Both the position numbers and the translations under genes were made by a program. Below, one piece after another: positions 1 through 8,927 of a stretch of DNA of 34,869 nucleotides. Under the pieces are notes generated by a model. The model searched no databases. It was not told the DNA's origin and saw only the letters and a list, made by a program, of their open reading frames with translations. The DNA is from Abditibacteriaceae bacterium. GTDB lineage: Bacteria; Armatimonadota; Abditibacteriia; Abditibacteriales; Abditibacteriaceae. Position 1 is the first letter of the stretch; each line of letters opens with the position of its first letter. The stretch lies in assembly GCA_031425655.1 (NCBI GenBank), contig JANPJS010000044.1, positions 1 through 34,869 of the forward strand. The letters run 5' to 3'.

Positions 1-66
1 GGCGCACTTGGCGTCTTGGCGGTTAATTCAAAGCGAAAATGCATATTTGATGTGAAACTGTGCGTC

Positions 67-2118
67 GTGAAGCGTCCCGCATTTTGGCTGTTTTGCGCCT
101 GTTGGCTGGCAGTTTTGCTCGCGCCGCCGCTGCGCCGGATGCTGTGGATTCAACTCAGCGGTCAAAGCCCCGTTTATAAGGCGTGGGTTTACGGTCCGTT
201 TTCGTTTTCGCAGTGGGAGCCGTCGCCGCAAAAGATGCGCGACCGATTTCCCGACGACCCGCGCGTGTTGGCAGTGGCCATCGAAGAATCGAGCGATTAC
301 AAATACAAACCTTCAGCGAATGTCACCGCCGCGACAATCAACACTCTATTCAGCGATGAGGAGCGGCGCGATTCGCGCGCTTACGACGCGCTGATTCGCC
401 GTTTTCCACAAGACACTTGGCTCATTGCGCGGCGTTTGGAGAAAACACTCGGCTGGATGAAAAGGACACGTTTGGGCGGAGAGTTTTCCGACCCAAATCT
501 GCAAGCCAACAAAGCCGCCGGCATTCCTTCGCCGGAAAAATCGAAAGACCCTCCGAATTACACGACGCAGGATTGGCACGAGGCTGTCGGCGTGGCGCGT
601 TTGGGGCAAAAACGCGAGCCGGACAACGCCTTTTTTGACTGGGTTTTGTTTTATCTGCTGATGATGAACTGGCGCGACGAGGAAGCGTGGCGTGTGCTGT
701 CGCGCGCCTCGCACAAAACCGATTACAACAGGCATGACCGCGAATGGGCGCAGGCACAAATCGCGGTGCAGGAACTTGAACTGGGACGCCCTTTGCTATT
801 TGAGGAAAAGCTGTATGTGTATGCAGGAACATACAGCTTTTCCTCAAATAGCAAAGTGCGGGAAATAGGGAGCATTGTGACATGGGAAGGCTTGAAAGCG
901 GGCCGGCGACGCGGCGACCATCGCAAGGCGCTGCAAATTTACAGCGACTTCGCGCGCCTTGAAGCGTTGCACGCGCGGCTCAGTTATTCTACCAGCGAAG
1001 GCTTGGTAGCGCGGGCGATGATCGCTCAGGCGCTTGGCGTTGAAGGCAAAGTTAGGCGCAAGGAATTAACGCCGCAACAAGTGGATTCGATGGAGGCGTG
1101 GGCGCGCCTCAGTGCCTACAAATTTGCTCGCTACGCCACCAAGCATGGCCGCCCTGATTTAGCGCGAGAAATCGCGCAATTGCGTATCCAAGCAGGGCGC
1201 GACCAAGATACCATTCGTGCCAGTGTCGGAAACGCGGATTCTTACTATGGAATGGCGCCGCGCCCGATCATCAATGTGCTGGTGAGCTGGTGGGCCGCCG
1301 AAATGGTGCTTTTGCTGCTGACGCTGCTCGGCGCTTTGTGGTTGGCGCTGGGTGCGGCGCTGCGCGTTCTCAGGATGCCCACGCCTGCTGTTGCTCGGCG
1401 CGATTTAGCAGCGACGGCAAGCATCGGCGCGTTGGCGGCGGCTCTGTGCTTCGCCATTCCCCTATTTTTAGGAGCCGGCTGGAATTCGATCTTTGGCATA
1501 GGCGGCATGGAGCTGGAGGATCGTTCTGAAAATCTGTTGTGCATTTTGCTGTCCGGCGTGATTCTGCCGCCACTTATTGTTTCGCTTTGGTGCTGTTTCG
1601 CAATGGGCCGCCGCGCGCAAATTTCGCAGGCGTCGGACGAAGCGCCGATGCTTTGGCGCGAACGATGGCGCGAAGTGCGATTGATGCCTCTGATGAATGG
1701 CGTTGCGCTGTGGCTTTTTCTGATTTTTTCGGCGGCGTGGTGGATGGCTGTGCTGGTTAAAAACGGCAGCGAAATCGTGTTGCCCGACGTGACGAGCTGG
1801 CTCATCGGCGAGCCTTTGCCGCCCATTTACTTTTGGCCGGTGCATCCTCTGTGGCCGCTGGCGTGCTTCACATCAGGTTTATTGGCGTTGTGGGCGCGTC
1901 CGCTTTTTAGCACCGCGCCGCACGAAAAGCCGTTTGTCGCTTACGGTTTGCGCTGGCTGCACGCTTCGCTCGGCGCGTTAATCGTGGCGGGCAGTGTGGC
2001 CTATCTTTTGGCGCTCGTTGTGTCGCTGCCGCTGCGCGCCGAGGCCGATGCCGCGATGAATCAACTGTTGCTGCGCGGCGAATACGCGCTGATATTGAAC
2101 CCTCCGCCTGTGCCCTGA
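67..2118 (+). CDS. Uncharacterised membrane protein, paralog family member 1 (N-terminal anchor, helical TPR-like domain, multi-TM C-terminus)
   Basis: ORF 16..2118. GTG at 67 is preferred because VKRPAFWLFCACWLAVLLAPPLR aligns with the N-terminus of the 8928 paralog (MKHRWPVFLVLFCWLAVLLAPPLR). Family motifs EPDNAFF, PLLFEEK, GDH, HGRPDLA, LLRGE. Confidence 0.8.
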   Translation: MKRPAFWLFCACWLAVLLAPPLRRMLWIQLSGQSPVYKAWVYGPFSFSQWEPSPQKMRDRFPDDPRVLAVAIEESSDYKYKPSANVTAATINTLFSDEERRDSRAYDALIRRFPQDTWLIARRLEKTLGWMKRTRLGGEFSDPNLQANKAAGIPSPEKSKDPPNYTTQDWHEAVGVARLGQKREPDNAFFDWVLFYLLMMNWRDEEAWRVLSRASHKTDYNRHDREWAQAQIAVQELELGRPLLFEEKLYVYAGTYSFSSNSKVREIGSIVTWEGLKAGRRRGDHRKALQIYSDFARLEALHARLSYSTSEGLVARAMIAQALGVEGKVRRKELTPQQVDSMEAWARLSAYKFARYATKHGRPDLAREIAQLRIQAGRDQDTIRASVGNADSYYGMAPRPIINVLVSWWAAEMVLLLLTLLGALWLALGAALRVLRMPTPAVARRDLAATASIGALAAALCFAIPLFLGAGWNSIFGIGGMELEDRSENLLCILLSGVILPPLIVSLWCCFAMGRRAQISQASDEAPMLWRERWREVRLMPLMNGVALWLFLIFSAAWWMAVLVKNGSEIVLPDVTSWLIGEPLPPIYFWPVHPLWPLACFTSGLLALWARPLFSTAPHEKPFVAYGLRWLHASLGALIVAGSVAYLLALVVSLPLRAEADAAMNQLLLRGEYALILNPPPVP

Positions 2119-2243
2119 AACGCTTCCGTCTCGCAAAAGTTGAGAACTGTCCGAGCAGCGGGTTAGAATCTCTGCACAATCTTCTGTTTAGCGAACTTTC
2201 GCCGTGTCTCGTAGCTTCAAAGCAGAGCGGCGGGAGGCGCAGC

Positions 2244-2873
2244 GTGGACGTGGCATTGGCGCTCGGCGATTTTTTACAAAAAGGCACGGTGCGGCGCCGT
2301 GAGTCGCACATTCAGTCGCAAAATAAGCCTGCAAACGCTTCGAGCCTCCACGCTTTGAAGGATGCGGCGCTGGTGGCACGCGCTCGTCGCGGCGAAAGCG
2401 CGGCTTTCGAACTGCTGATTGATCGCCATCGAGAGCGCATTTTGAATCTCGCTTTTCAGCTTTTGCGCGACCGTGACGAAGCCGAAGATGTGGCGCAGGA
2501 CGCCTTCGCCAATGCTTTTGCGGCGCTGAAGAACTTTCGCGGCGAAGCGCAATTTTCCACTTGGATTTATCGAATTACCTTCAATTTGTGCGTGCATCGC
2601 AAGCGCCGCGCACGTGTGACCGAAGAATTCGAGGAAAACCGTCACGGCGGGCGCGGCGAAGACACGGCGCTGACAAAAGTGATGGTCGAAGAAACGCTGC
2701 AACAGCTTTCGCCGCCGCTGCGCGCCGCTTTAATCTTGCGCGAAATGCACGATTTGTCTTACGAAGAAATCGCCGATGTGCTGCAAATCCCGGTCGGCAC
2801 AGTGCGCTCGCGCCTCAACGAAGCGCGCCGCCAATTTCGCGTGCTGTGGATGGAGAAAGAGGCTGGGGAATAG
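2244..2873 (+). CDS. ECF (sigma-24/RpoE-like) RNA polymerase sigma factor
   Basis: Region 2 (AEDVAQDAF, FSTWIYRITFN) and region 4.2 (LSYEEIADVLQIPVGTVRSRLNEAR). Start codon uncertain. Confidence 0.93.
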   Translation: MDVALALGDFLQKGTVRRRESHIQSQNKPANASSLHALKDAALVARARRGESAAFELLIDRHRERILNLAFQLLRDRDEAEDVAQDAFANAFAALKNFRGEAQFSTWIYRITFNLCVHRKRRARVTEEFEENRHGGRGEDTALTKVMVEETLQQLSPPLRAALILREMHDLSYEEIADVLQIPVGTVRSRLNEARRQFRVLWMEKEAGE

Positions 2874-2942
2874 AGGCTGGGGGCTGGGGAATAGAGGTTG
2901 GAGACTTGTATTTCCAGCCTCCAGCCTCTATTCCCCAGCCTC
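2859..2942. repeat. Inverted repeat built of heptamer-like units (GAGGCTG/GGGAATA)
   Basis: gaggctggggaatagaggctgggggctggggaatagaggttgga ... tccagcctccagcctctattccccagcctc. It overlaps the sigma stop codon. Confidence 0.8.
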
Positions 2943-2950
2943 CTAATGTT

Positions 2951-5185
2951 ATGGATTGCCGTCAAACGCTTGAAAATTTGGAAGCCTTCGCGCGCGACGA
3001 ACTTGATGCGGCTTGCGCGCAGGATGTGGCCGCGCATCTGAAAACGTGCGCGAATTGCCGCGCTTTGCACGACGATATATTCGCCGTGCGCGTGACGCTG
3101 TGCGAATACGCCGATGCGACGGTAACGGTTGCCGCGCCCGATTTCAACCGGCGCGCGATGGAAAAATTCGCCGCAATGCAATCTCAGCCCGAAACGCCGA
3201 ACACTGCGCCGCACAACTCGACGCCACGCCGCGTGCGGCAGAACCCCCAAGCCCCCTTGGTAAGGGGGTTGGGGGTTCTGCCTGCCTTCAACTTCGCGCA
3301 ACGCCTGTGGGCGCCGCTGGCTTTGGCGTGCATGGCGCTGCTGATTTGCTTCACGCCGTCGCTGCGCGTGGCATGGCGATCACAAACTTCGCCTGTTTCG
3401 CTGCTGACAAAGCCGACGACATCATCGGACAGGACAGAGCGCGAGACGCAACTCTTGCGGGAGTTAAACGCAGTAGCGGCGCGCCATCCCGAAAACTATC
3501 GCTGGAAAGCTGTGGCGTTTTTGCCTCAGCCAAATGTTGATTCGATTTCCGTGATTGATCTAAAGTATCGCATCAAGCAAAGCGAAAAGGTGATGGATAC
3601 GCTCCTCGCACAACACCCGCGCGATGTGTGGTTGTTGGCGCGACGACTGCGTGCAGAGCCTTATCTCGTCGGGTGGTTATACGGGTCAGATGGTGCCGAT
3701 CCTGCCCAAGAAAAGGCAGAGTTTACGGCCCGCACGAAAGCGATTTTGCCTCTGGCCGAGCGCGGCGTCGCGCTGGAGCCGGATAACGCCTTCTGGAGCC
3801 GCACTGTAGCTTTTTGGCGCTTTAAAGTTGGGGACACCGAAGGCGCATTGCGCGCCGTGGCTGCAGCAGCGCGTCAAAAACAGTTCAACGATTACACGCT
3901 GGAAGACCGGCGACAGAGTTTCGCGTTGTTTTCAGAGCAACGCCCGCTTTTAGCGGAAGAAAAACTCTGGGTTTGGTCGTCCAGCGCGCTGCTCACGTCT
4001 GGAAGTGGCCTTGTCGTAAGCGAAACGGTGCGCGCGGGCGCACGCGCCGAAAAAGCAGGCGATCATGTCGCTGCGTTGGGCTTTTACCGGAACGCTTTGC
4101 GTTTATGTATCAAGGCATCGGAGAACGAAATGAATTTTGCGCCCCGGCGTTTGCAAAGGGTTTTGCGCCGGGGAAAAGCGTCCAATCCTATTGACCTTAA
4201 CGTTTTGACTCTCCAAAGTTTTGCCGGCTATGCGCGGCAACACGGTCGCGCCGATTTAGCAAACGAAGCATCACGCGTTTTTGATCTTGTTTCGCAGCGA
4301 GAGGCCGCACGGCAAAAAGTAGCACGACTCGATTATCCGCCCGGAGTGCCGCAAAACGCCCAAGCGTTTTTGCTCCTGCAAAACGCCGTGCAGCCTTCGC
4401 TGCGACAATTCTGGCACGGCGGCGCGTTGTTGTGGCTGGCGCTGGGCGCTTTTATATTGCTGGTGCCTCGTTTGCTTTCACGGTTTCGAGGCCGTTTGCC
4501 GGCAGTTTTCACCAAGCCAACCATTGCTTTGTCTGCGCCGCCACGCCGTGCGGTATTCGGCGTTTTTGCGCTGTGTTTGCTCTTCGCATTGGGAGCGTGC
4601 TTGATAGAATCAGCATTTGCCAACGATCCATTCGACGACAGCAGGTGGCCAATCGCCTTGCGTTGGCTGTTGCCCTGGTTGCCAATTTTCTGGGGAATTC
4701 TGGGATGTTGGAGTCTTGCAGTGCGTGCGCAAGAGCGCACAGCGGGACGGCAAACCAACTCGCTCAAACGCGCTTTGGACGAACACTATTTAGCGGCATT
4801 GTTGCCCTTTGCAGCGCACTGGACGCTCACGTTCACCACGATAGTAGCGTGGGGCGCGCTCATAGCGGCGCCAGATATGACAGACGACGTTATTTGGGGC
4901 TACATTATTGGGTTGGCAATTTTCTGCGCCGCGTTGTGCCTGCTGCGAATCATCAGCCGCTGGGCGCGTCTGCCGCATCGCCGCGCCGCGTTGGGATTGG
5001 CTTTCGTCACGCTGCATGGTGTATTAGGCGCAAGTTTGGTGGCAGGCGCGTTGCTGTGGGTCGGGTTACAACTCGCGGTTCAGCCGGCGCGGCGCAATGT
5101 GGACACGGCCATCGCCACACTTTTGCGCGACGGCGAAACCAAAGTCGTGCTGCGCCGCGCGGCGCAAATGGAGTCCGAATCGTAG
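2951..5185 (+). CDS. zf-HC2 (ZAS) anti-sigma domain fused to the membrane-protein family (member 2)
   Basis: ATG at 2951 gives MDCRQTLENL...HLKTCANC (C...HxxxCxxC) directly after the ECF gene. The remainder has EPDNAFW, PLLAEEK, GDH, HGRADLA, LLRDGE. The longer ORF start at 2561 overlaps the sigma gene. Confidence 0.85.
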   Translation: MDCRQTLENLEAFARDELDAACAQDVAAHLKTCANCRALHDDIFAVRVTLCEYADATVTVAAPDFNRRAMEKFAAMQSQPETPNTAPHNSTPRRVRQNPQAPLVRGLGVLPAFNFAQRLWAPLALACMALLICFTPSLRVAWRSQTSPVSLLTKPTTSSDRTERETQLLRELNAVAARHPENYRWKAVAFLPQPNVDSISVIDLKYRIKQSEKVMDTLLAQHPRDVWLLARRLRAEPYLVGWLYGSDGADPAQEKAEFTARTKAILPLAERGVALEPDNAFWSRTVAFWRFKVGDTEGALRAVAAAARQKQFNDYTLEDRRQSFALFSEQRPLLAEEKLWVWSSSALLTSGSGLVVSETVRAGARAEKAGDHVAALGFYRNALRLCIKASENEMNFAPRRLQRVLRRGKASNPIDLNVLTLQSFAGYARQHGRADLANEASRVFDLVSQREAARQKVARLDYPPGVPQNAQAFLLLQNAVQPSLRQFWHGGALLWLALGAFILLVPRLLSRFRGRLPAVFTKPTIALSAPPRRAVFGVFALCLLFALGACLIESAFANDPFDDSRWPIALRWLLPWLPIFWGILGCWSLAVRAQERTAGRQTNSLKRALDEHYLAALLPFAAHWTLTFTTIVAWGALIAAPDMTDDVIWGYIIGLAIFCAALCLLRIISRWARLPHRRAALGLAFVTLHGVLGASLVAGALLWVGLQLAVQPARRNVDTAIATLLRDGETKVVLRRAAQMESES
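3237..3282. repeat. GC-rich palindrome inside the anti-sigma coding sequence
   Basis: ggcagaacccccaagccccctt-ggt-aagggggttgggggttctgcc, a near-perfect hairpin with one bulge. Confidence 0.75.
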
Positions 5186-5248
5186 GGGCGTAACCTGTTA
5201 CGCCCAAAAGCGGGGCGCGTTATTGGGCGTAACAGGTTACGCCTCTAC
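5182..5248. repeat. GTAG-type REP dimer (REPIN-like)
   Basis: GTAG+gggcgtaac-ct-gttacgccc, a spacer, then the inverted copy gggcgtaacaggttacgcctCTAC. Confidence 0.8.
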
Positions 5249-5251
5249 ACC

Positions 5252-7195
5252 ATGTCACTTCGTTTTTTCCGCCGCTTCTTCGGGCCGCTCTTGTTTCTAC
5301 TGATTTGGGCCGTCATTTTAGGCGTGCCGCGTCTGCGTTTCGTGATGCTGACGCAAGCGGGCAGCGACGAAACGCTGGCTTATTTGGCGCCGTATGCGCT
5401 GCCTCTTGCGAAGATTTTCGTGCCGCGCGAAACCTCGCCCGCTGAGTTGGCGGCGCGCTATCCTGACGACGCGCGCGTGCAAGTCTGGGCCGTCGCCGAT
5501 AAAACGCCGCGCGATGCGGAGCGCGATTTCGGGCCGATTATTGAACGCTTTCCACGCGAGGCTTGGCTGCACGCCACGTATTTGCGGTTTCTCACGCTGA
5601 CTCTGCGAACCGGGCGCGTGCCCGGCGTTTTCGCCGGTGCGCCGGGCGCGATTCCGCCGGAAACGCCGTCGAATATAAGCCGCGCCGATCTTGAACGCGC
5701 CGTCGCAGTGGCCCGCGACGGCGCGCGATTGGAGCCGGACAACTGCTATTTCGATGTCATGCGCGCCGATTGCCTTTTCGCTTTGCGCCGCGACACAGAA
5801 GCGCTGCAAGCTCTGCGTGAAGGCGGGCGCAAAAAGCGTTTCGACGATCATGTCACAGACTACACCCGCTTCTTTATTGAAGCGAATGAGTTAGCACGCC
5901 CCCGTCTTTTTGAGGAGCGCGTTTCACTGTCGGCGGCGGCGCTGTATCCACACTTGGCGCATATTCGTGAGGTGGGACGCTTAGCCTTGTGGCGCGCGTT
6001 GCAACTGGAGCAGCGCGGCGATTGGCGCGGCGCGCTGGACATCCGCGTTGCGCTGTTGCGAATCGGCGCCCGAATGCGCGACAACGACGGCTCACTGATA
6101 ACCGGACTCGTCGGCGGTGCCATCACGAATCTGGCAATGAAATCCAACGCGGCATTGCCGAACGCGCCTCTCAAGAATCCGCAGAAAACAAAGTTCTGGG
6201 CCAATTATTTCGCGGGTTTGTGTCGCGCGCATGGACGCCCCGATTTGGTCGCCGAAGCGTTGCGGGAAACCGCCGCGTCGGTGCGATTCTACGAGTTGAG
6301 CGGTGCCGCAGCGAATAGCGCCGTCTTTTTTGGCATTCCCGACCGCACTTTTGCGCCGTTGGGCGCGACCAATTGGGCCGGCGTGGCGCTGCTTTTTCAA
6401 CTGGCGATCACGCTTCCGGCGTGGATTGCGCTGGCGCTGATTTTAGGGTTCAAACGCGCGCCGGGCGAAGAAAAAAGCCTCGGCGCGGTGTTGACGGTTT
6501 ATGGAGTCGTGGTGCTGCTGTGTGCGTGCGCGTTTTTCGTGGTGTTGCGTGTAATTAATGGAATTAGCGGCGGCTGGGGCGCTTATTTTTGGGGTAATAC
6601 CGGATCGCAAAGCGCGCTCATCGGCGCGTTGCGCTGGGTTGTGGCGTTGGCGCCGCTGCTTATCGGTGCGCTGGTTTGCGCTTTTGCGACGTGGTGGAAG
6701 CATCGCTGCGCTTTGCGCCAATCCGACCGCGATGCGCAAAGCGGCGACGTGCGCTTGCCGCCAATTCTGCGTATTGGGATAACGGGTCTGCTCTTGGCGC
6801 TGACGCTGCTTTCCATCGTCTGCGCGGTTCTCGTTCAGAACGGCCTGATAGCTCCGCTTAATGTTCCGTTGCTGGATTTCTGGCTGAGTTCGTCCGCGTC
6901 GGCGCGGGCAGCGCTCTTTGCGCCGCTTTATATGGTTTTGGTTTTCGTGGCGTGGTGGATTTTCGCAAGTTTGTGGCTATTGCCCGCGCCGGCATTGCCG
7001 TTATTCGGCAGCGGCGTCAAGTGGCTGCGCCAAACTCTCGGCGCCACGCTTTTGCTTTCCAGCGCGCTGTATTTGCTGGTGCTACTCGTCTCGTTGCAGG
7101 CGCGCACACAGGCCGACGCCGCTTTCGACAATTTTTTGCGGCGCGGCGAAATGGCCACGCTGCGCGGAACGCAAAAAGCCGCAAACGTCCGGTAA
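5252..7195 (+). CDS. Uncharacterised membrane protein, paralog family member 3
   Basis: 647 aa ORF with motifs YPDDARV, EPDNCYF, RLFEER, GDW, HGRPDLV, FLRRGE and several C-terminal hydrophobic helices. Confidence 0.85.
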   Translation: MSLRFFRRFFGPLLFLLIWAVILGVPRLRFVMLTQAGSDETLAYLAPYALPLAKIFVPRETSPAELAARYPDDARVQVWAVADKTPRDAERDFGPIIERFPREAWLHATYLRFLTLTLRTGRVPGVFAGAPGAIPPETPSNISRADLERAVAVARDGARLEPDNCYFDVMRADCLFALRRDTEALQALREGGRKKRFDDHVTDYTRFFIEANELARPRLFEERVSLSAAALYPHLAHIREVGRLALWRALQLEQRGDWRGALDIRVALLRIGARMRDNDGSLITGLVGGAITNLAMKSNAALPNAPLKNPQKTKFWANYFAGLCRAHGRPDLVAEALRETAASVRFYELSGAAANSAVFFGIPDRTFAPLGATNWAGVALLFQLAITLPAWIALALILGFKRAPGEEKSLGAVLTVYGVVVLLCACAFFVVLRVINGISGGWGAYFWGNTGSQSALIGALRWVVALAPLLIGALVCAFATWWKHRCALRQSDRDAQSGDVRLPPILRIGITGLLLALTLLSIVCAVLVQNGLIAPLNVPLLDFWLSSSASARAALFAPLYMVLVFVAWWIFASLWLLPAPALPLFGSGVKWLRQTLGATLLLSSALYLLVLLVSLQARTQADAAFDNFLRRGEMATLRGTQKAANVR

Positions 7196-7202
7196 AGCCA
7201 AC

Positions 7203-7341
7203 TTTCAATAGAACACGGGGCTTCGCCATCCTGCCCAGAGGGCGCCCGAAACGACACAGATTTTCGCAGATCAATCCAAAGAAAAATCCGTGTAAATCCC
7301 CGCCGTTTCCGTGTAGGCGAAGCCTCCGTGTTCCATTGAAA
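7203..7341. repeat. ~135-bp palindromic MITE/REPIN-like element, copy 1 (contains 19-nt insert)
   Basis: Arms tttcaatagaacacgggg... / ...ccgtgttccattgaaa. Core gatcaatccaaagaaaaatccgtg is shared with the copy at 33444. Confidence 0.85.
7229..7247 (+). mobile_element. 19-nt mini-element, copy 1
   Basis: tcctgcccagagggcgccc; identical copies at 12417 and 28475. Confidence 0.7.
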
Positions 7342-7360
7342 AATTCGACTTGTCAAACCT

Positions 7361-8068
7361 ATGGCTAAAAAGTCAACTTCTCGCTCGAAATCGCGCCGAT
7401 TGAAAATTCTGCTGGCGCTGAACCTAATTTTGCTGGCCGGCGCCGGCTGGACGACGCGCAAAAATCCCGATTGGTGGCGTTTGCCGCTGCACGCGCTGGG
7501 TATTGATGTCACGCGGCGCGTAGCGGCTTCCGACGAATTAGCGGCGCGCATCGTTGACGCGGCGAAATCGCAGCAGGGCACCCTTTACAGCGCGGCCTAT
7601 GCGCAAATTGGCTATCCCGGCGGCGATGTGACTCCGCAAAAAGGCGCTTGTTCCGATGTCGTAGTGCGTGCCTTGCGCGGCGCCGGATACGATCTGCAAG
7701 CGCTGATTCACGATGACATTACGCGCAATTGGGCCGCTTATCCCAGTCACTGGGGTTTGGAACGGCCCGACGCCAACATTGACCATCGCCGCGTGCCCAA
7801 TCAGATGATTTTCTTCGCGCGCTGGGGCCAAAAGTTGTCGAATGAGCTGTCGGCGCAAACGCGCAAACAATGGCAGCCGGGCGACATCGTGTGCTGGAAA
7901 ACCGGCCCGCGCCGTTGGCATACGGGCGTGCTTTCCGACGGCCTGAATGCGCGCGGCTGGCCCTTAGTCGTGCATAACGGCAGCATTTGCGTCGAAGCCG
8001 ATTGCCTGACGCGATGGCCGATTATCGGGCATTATCGCTTTCCGCTTCGCGCGAAAGCAGGCGTCTGA
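7361..8068 (+). CDS. DUF1287 (YijF-like) exported protein
   Basis: YPGGDV...GACSDVVVRA, DANIDHRRVPN, WQPGDIV.W, HTG, VHN, IIGHYR motifs; N-terminal hydrophobic segment. Confidence 0.88.
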   Translation: MAKKSTSRSKSRRLKILLALNLILLAGAGWTTRKNPDWWRLPLHALGIDVTRRVAASDELAARIVDAAKSQQGTLYSAAYAQIGYPGGDVTPQKGACSDVVVRALRGAGYDLQALIHDDITRNWAAYPSHWGLERPDANIDHRRVPNQMIFFARWGQKLSNELSAQTRKQWQPGDIVCWKTGPRRWHTGVLSDGLNARGWPLVVHNGSICVEADCLTRWPIIGHYRFPLRAKAGV

Positions 8069-8188
8069 AAATGAGGCTGCGCGCCGCATTGAACTTGCAA
8101 TTTTCCGAAACGGGCGAAGCAAAAAATGGTTTAACCTACGCGCCTTATGGCTACAATAAGTTAAGTCATTTTTCAGGAGAAGTCCGAG

Positions 8189-8821
8189 ATGAAATTCCAC
8201 GTTTTTTCCTCTTTGCCGCGTCGCGCTTTCACTTTGATCGAACTTTTGGTCGTCATAGCGATAATCGCGCTGCTGGCCGCGATTCTGTTTCCTGTTTTCG
8301 CGCGTGCCCGCGAAAACGCGCGCCGCAGTTCCTGTCTGAACAACCTCAAGCAAATCGGGATCGGCTTCGCGCAATACACGCAAGATTACGACGAAACGCT
8401 GCCGGGCGGCGCGCCGTATTCGGCGACCGCTTTCGTGCCGGGCCACTGGGTCGGCGTGCCGGCGTCGCCGGGCTGCACGACCGCTTCGCCCTGTCGCCCC
8501 GACCTCGGTGCGCTGTTTCCCTATGTGAAAAGCAGTCAAATTTACATTTGTCCGTCCGATAGCCAGGGGCCGTTGAAGCGCCTGAGCTATTCGACGAACG
8601 CCGTCTGCTCGTTTCGCAGTCTGGCGGACGCCACGCAGTCCTCGAAGACGATTTTGCTGATTGACGAAGGCCCGTCACTCCAAGATGGTTTTCTGTCGTA
8701 TTCCAACCCCGCCGATTTGCCTTCGGTGATTCACCTCGACGGCACGAATTTCGGTTATCTCGACGGCCACGTCAAATCGCGGCGCCCCGATCAGGTGACG
8801 GGCGTGGATTTCGCATTTTAA
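8189..8821 (+). CDS. Prepilin-type N-terminal cleavage/methylation, DUF1559 / H-X9-DG protein
   Basis: [45 protein letters not shown] and C-terminal [15 protein letters not shown]; ggag RBS upstream. Confidence 0.93.
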   Translation: MKFHVFSSLPRRAFTLIELLVVIAIIALLAAILFPVFARARENARRSSCLNNLKQIGIGFAQYTQDYDETLPGGAPYSATAFVPGHWVGVPASPGCTTASPCRPDLGALFPYVKSSQIYICPSDSQGPLKRLSYSTNAVCSFRSLADATQSSKTILLIDEGPSLQDGFLSYSNPADLPSVIHLDGTNFGYLDGHVKSRRPDQVTGVDFAF

Positions 8822-8839
8822 CGCGGTATTCGAGGACGA

Positions 8840-8874
8840 AAACGGGGCGCCAAGCGGCGTCCCGTTTCGTTTTT
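8840..8874 (+). terminator. Intrinsic terminator after DUF1559 gene
   Basis: aaacggggcgcc-aagc-ggcgtcccgttt followed by a T-rich tail. Confidence 0.7.
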
Positions 8875-8927
8875 GGTTGCCTGAGCCAATCGAATTTCCC
8901 CGGCCCGGCGCTCCTCCAACTGGTGCC

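Noticed and set aside
2193..2221. Possible autoregulatory ECF promoter GAACTT...TCAAA
   Set aside because: The spacer is 18 nt, longer than the usual RpoE spacing, so it is not supportable without TSS data.
2561..2950. N-terminal extension of the 874-aa ORF
   Set aside because: It overlaps the sigma gene in another frame and crosses a repeat. The ZAS domain begins at the ATG at 2951.
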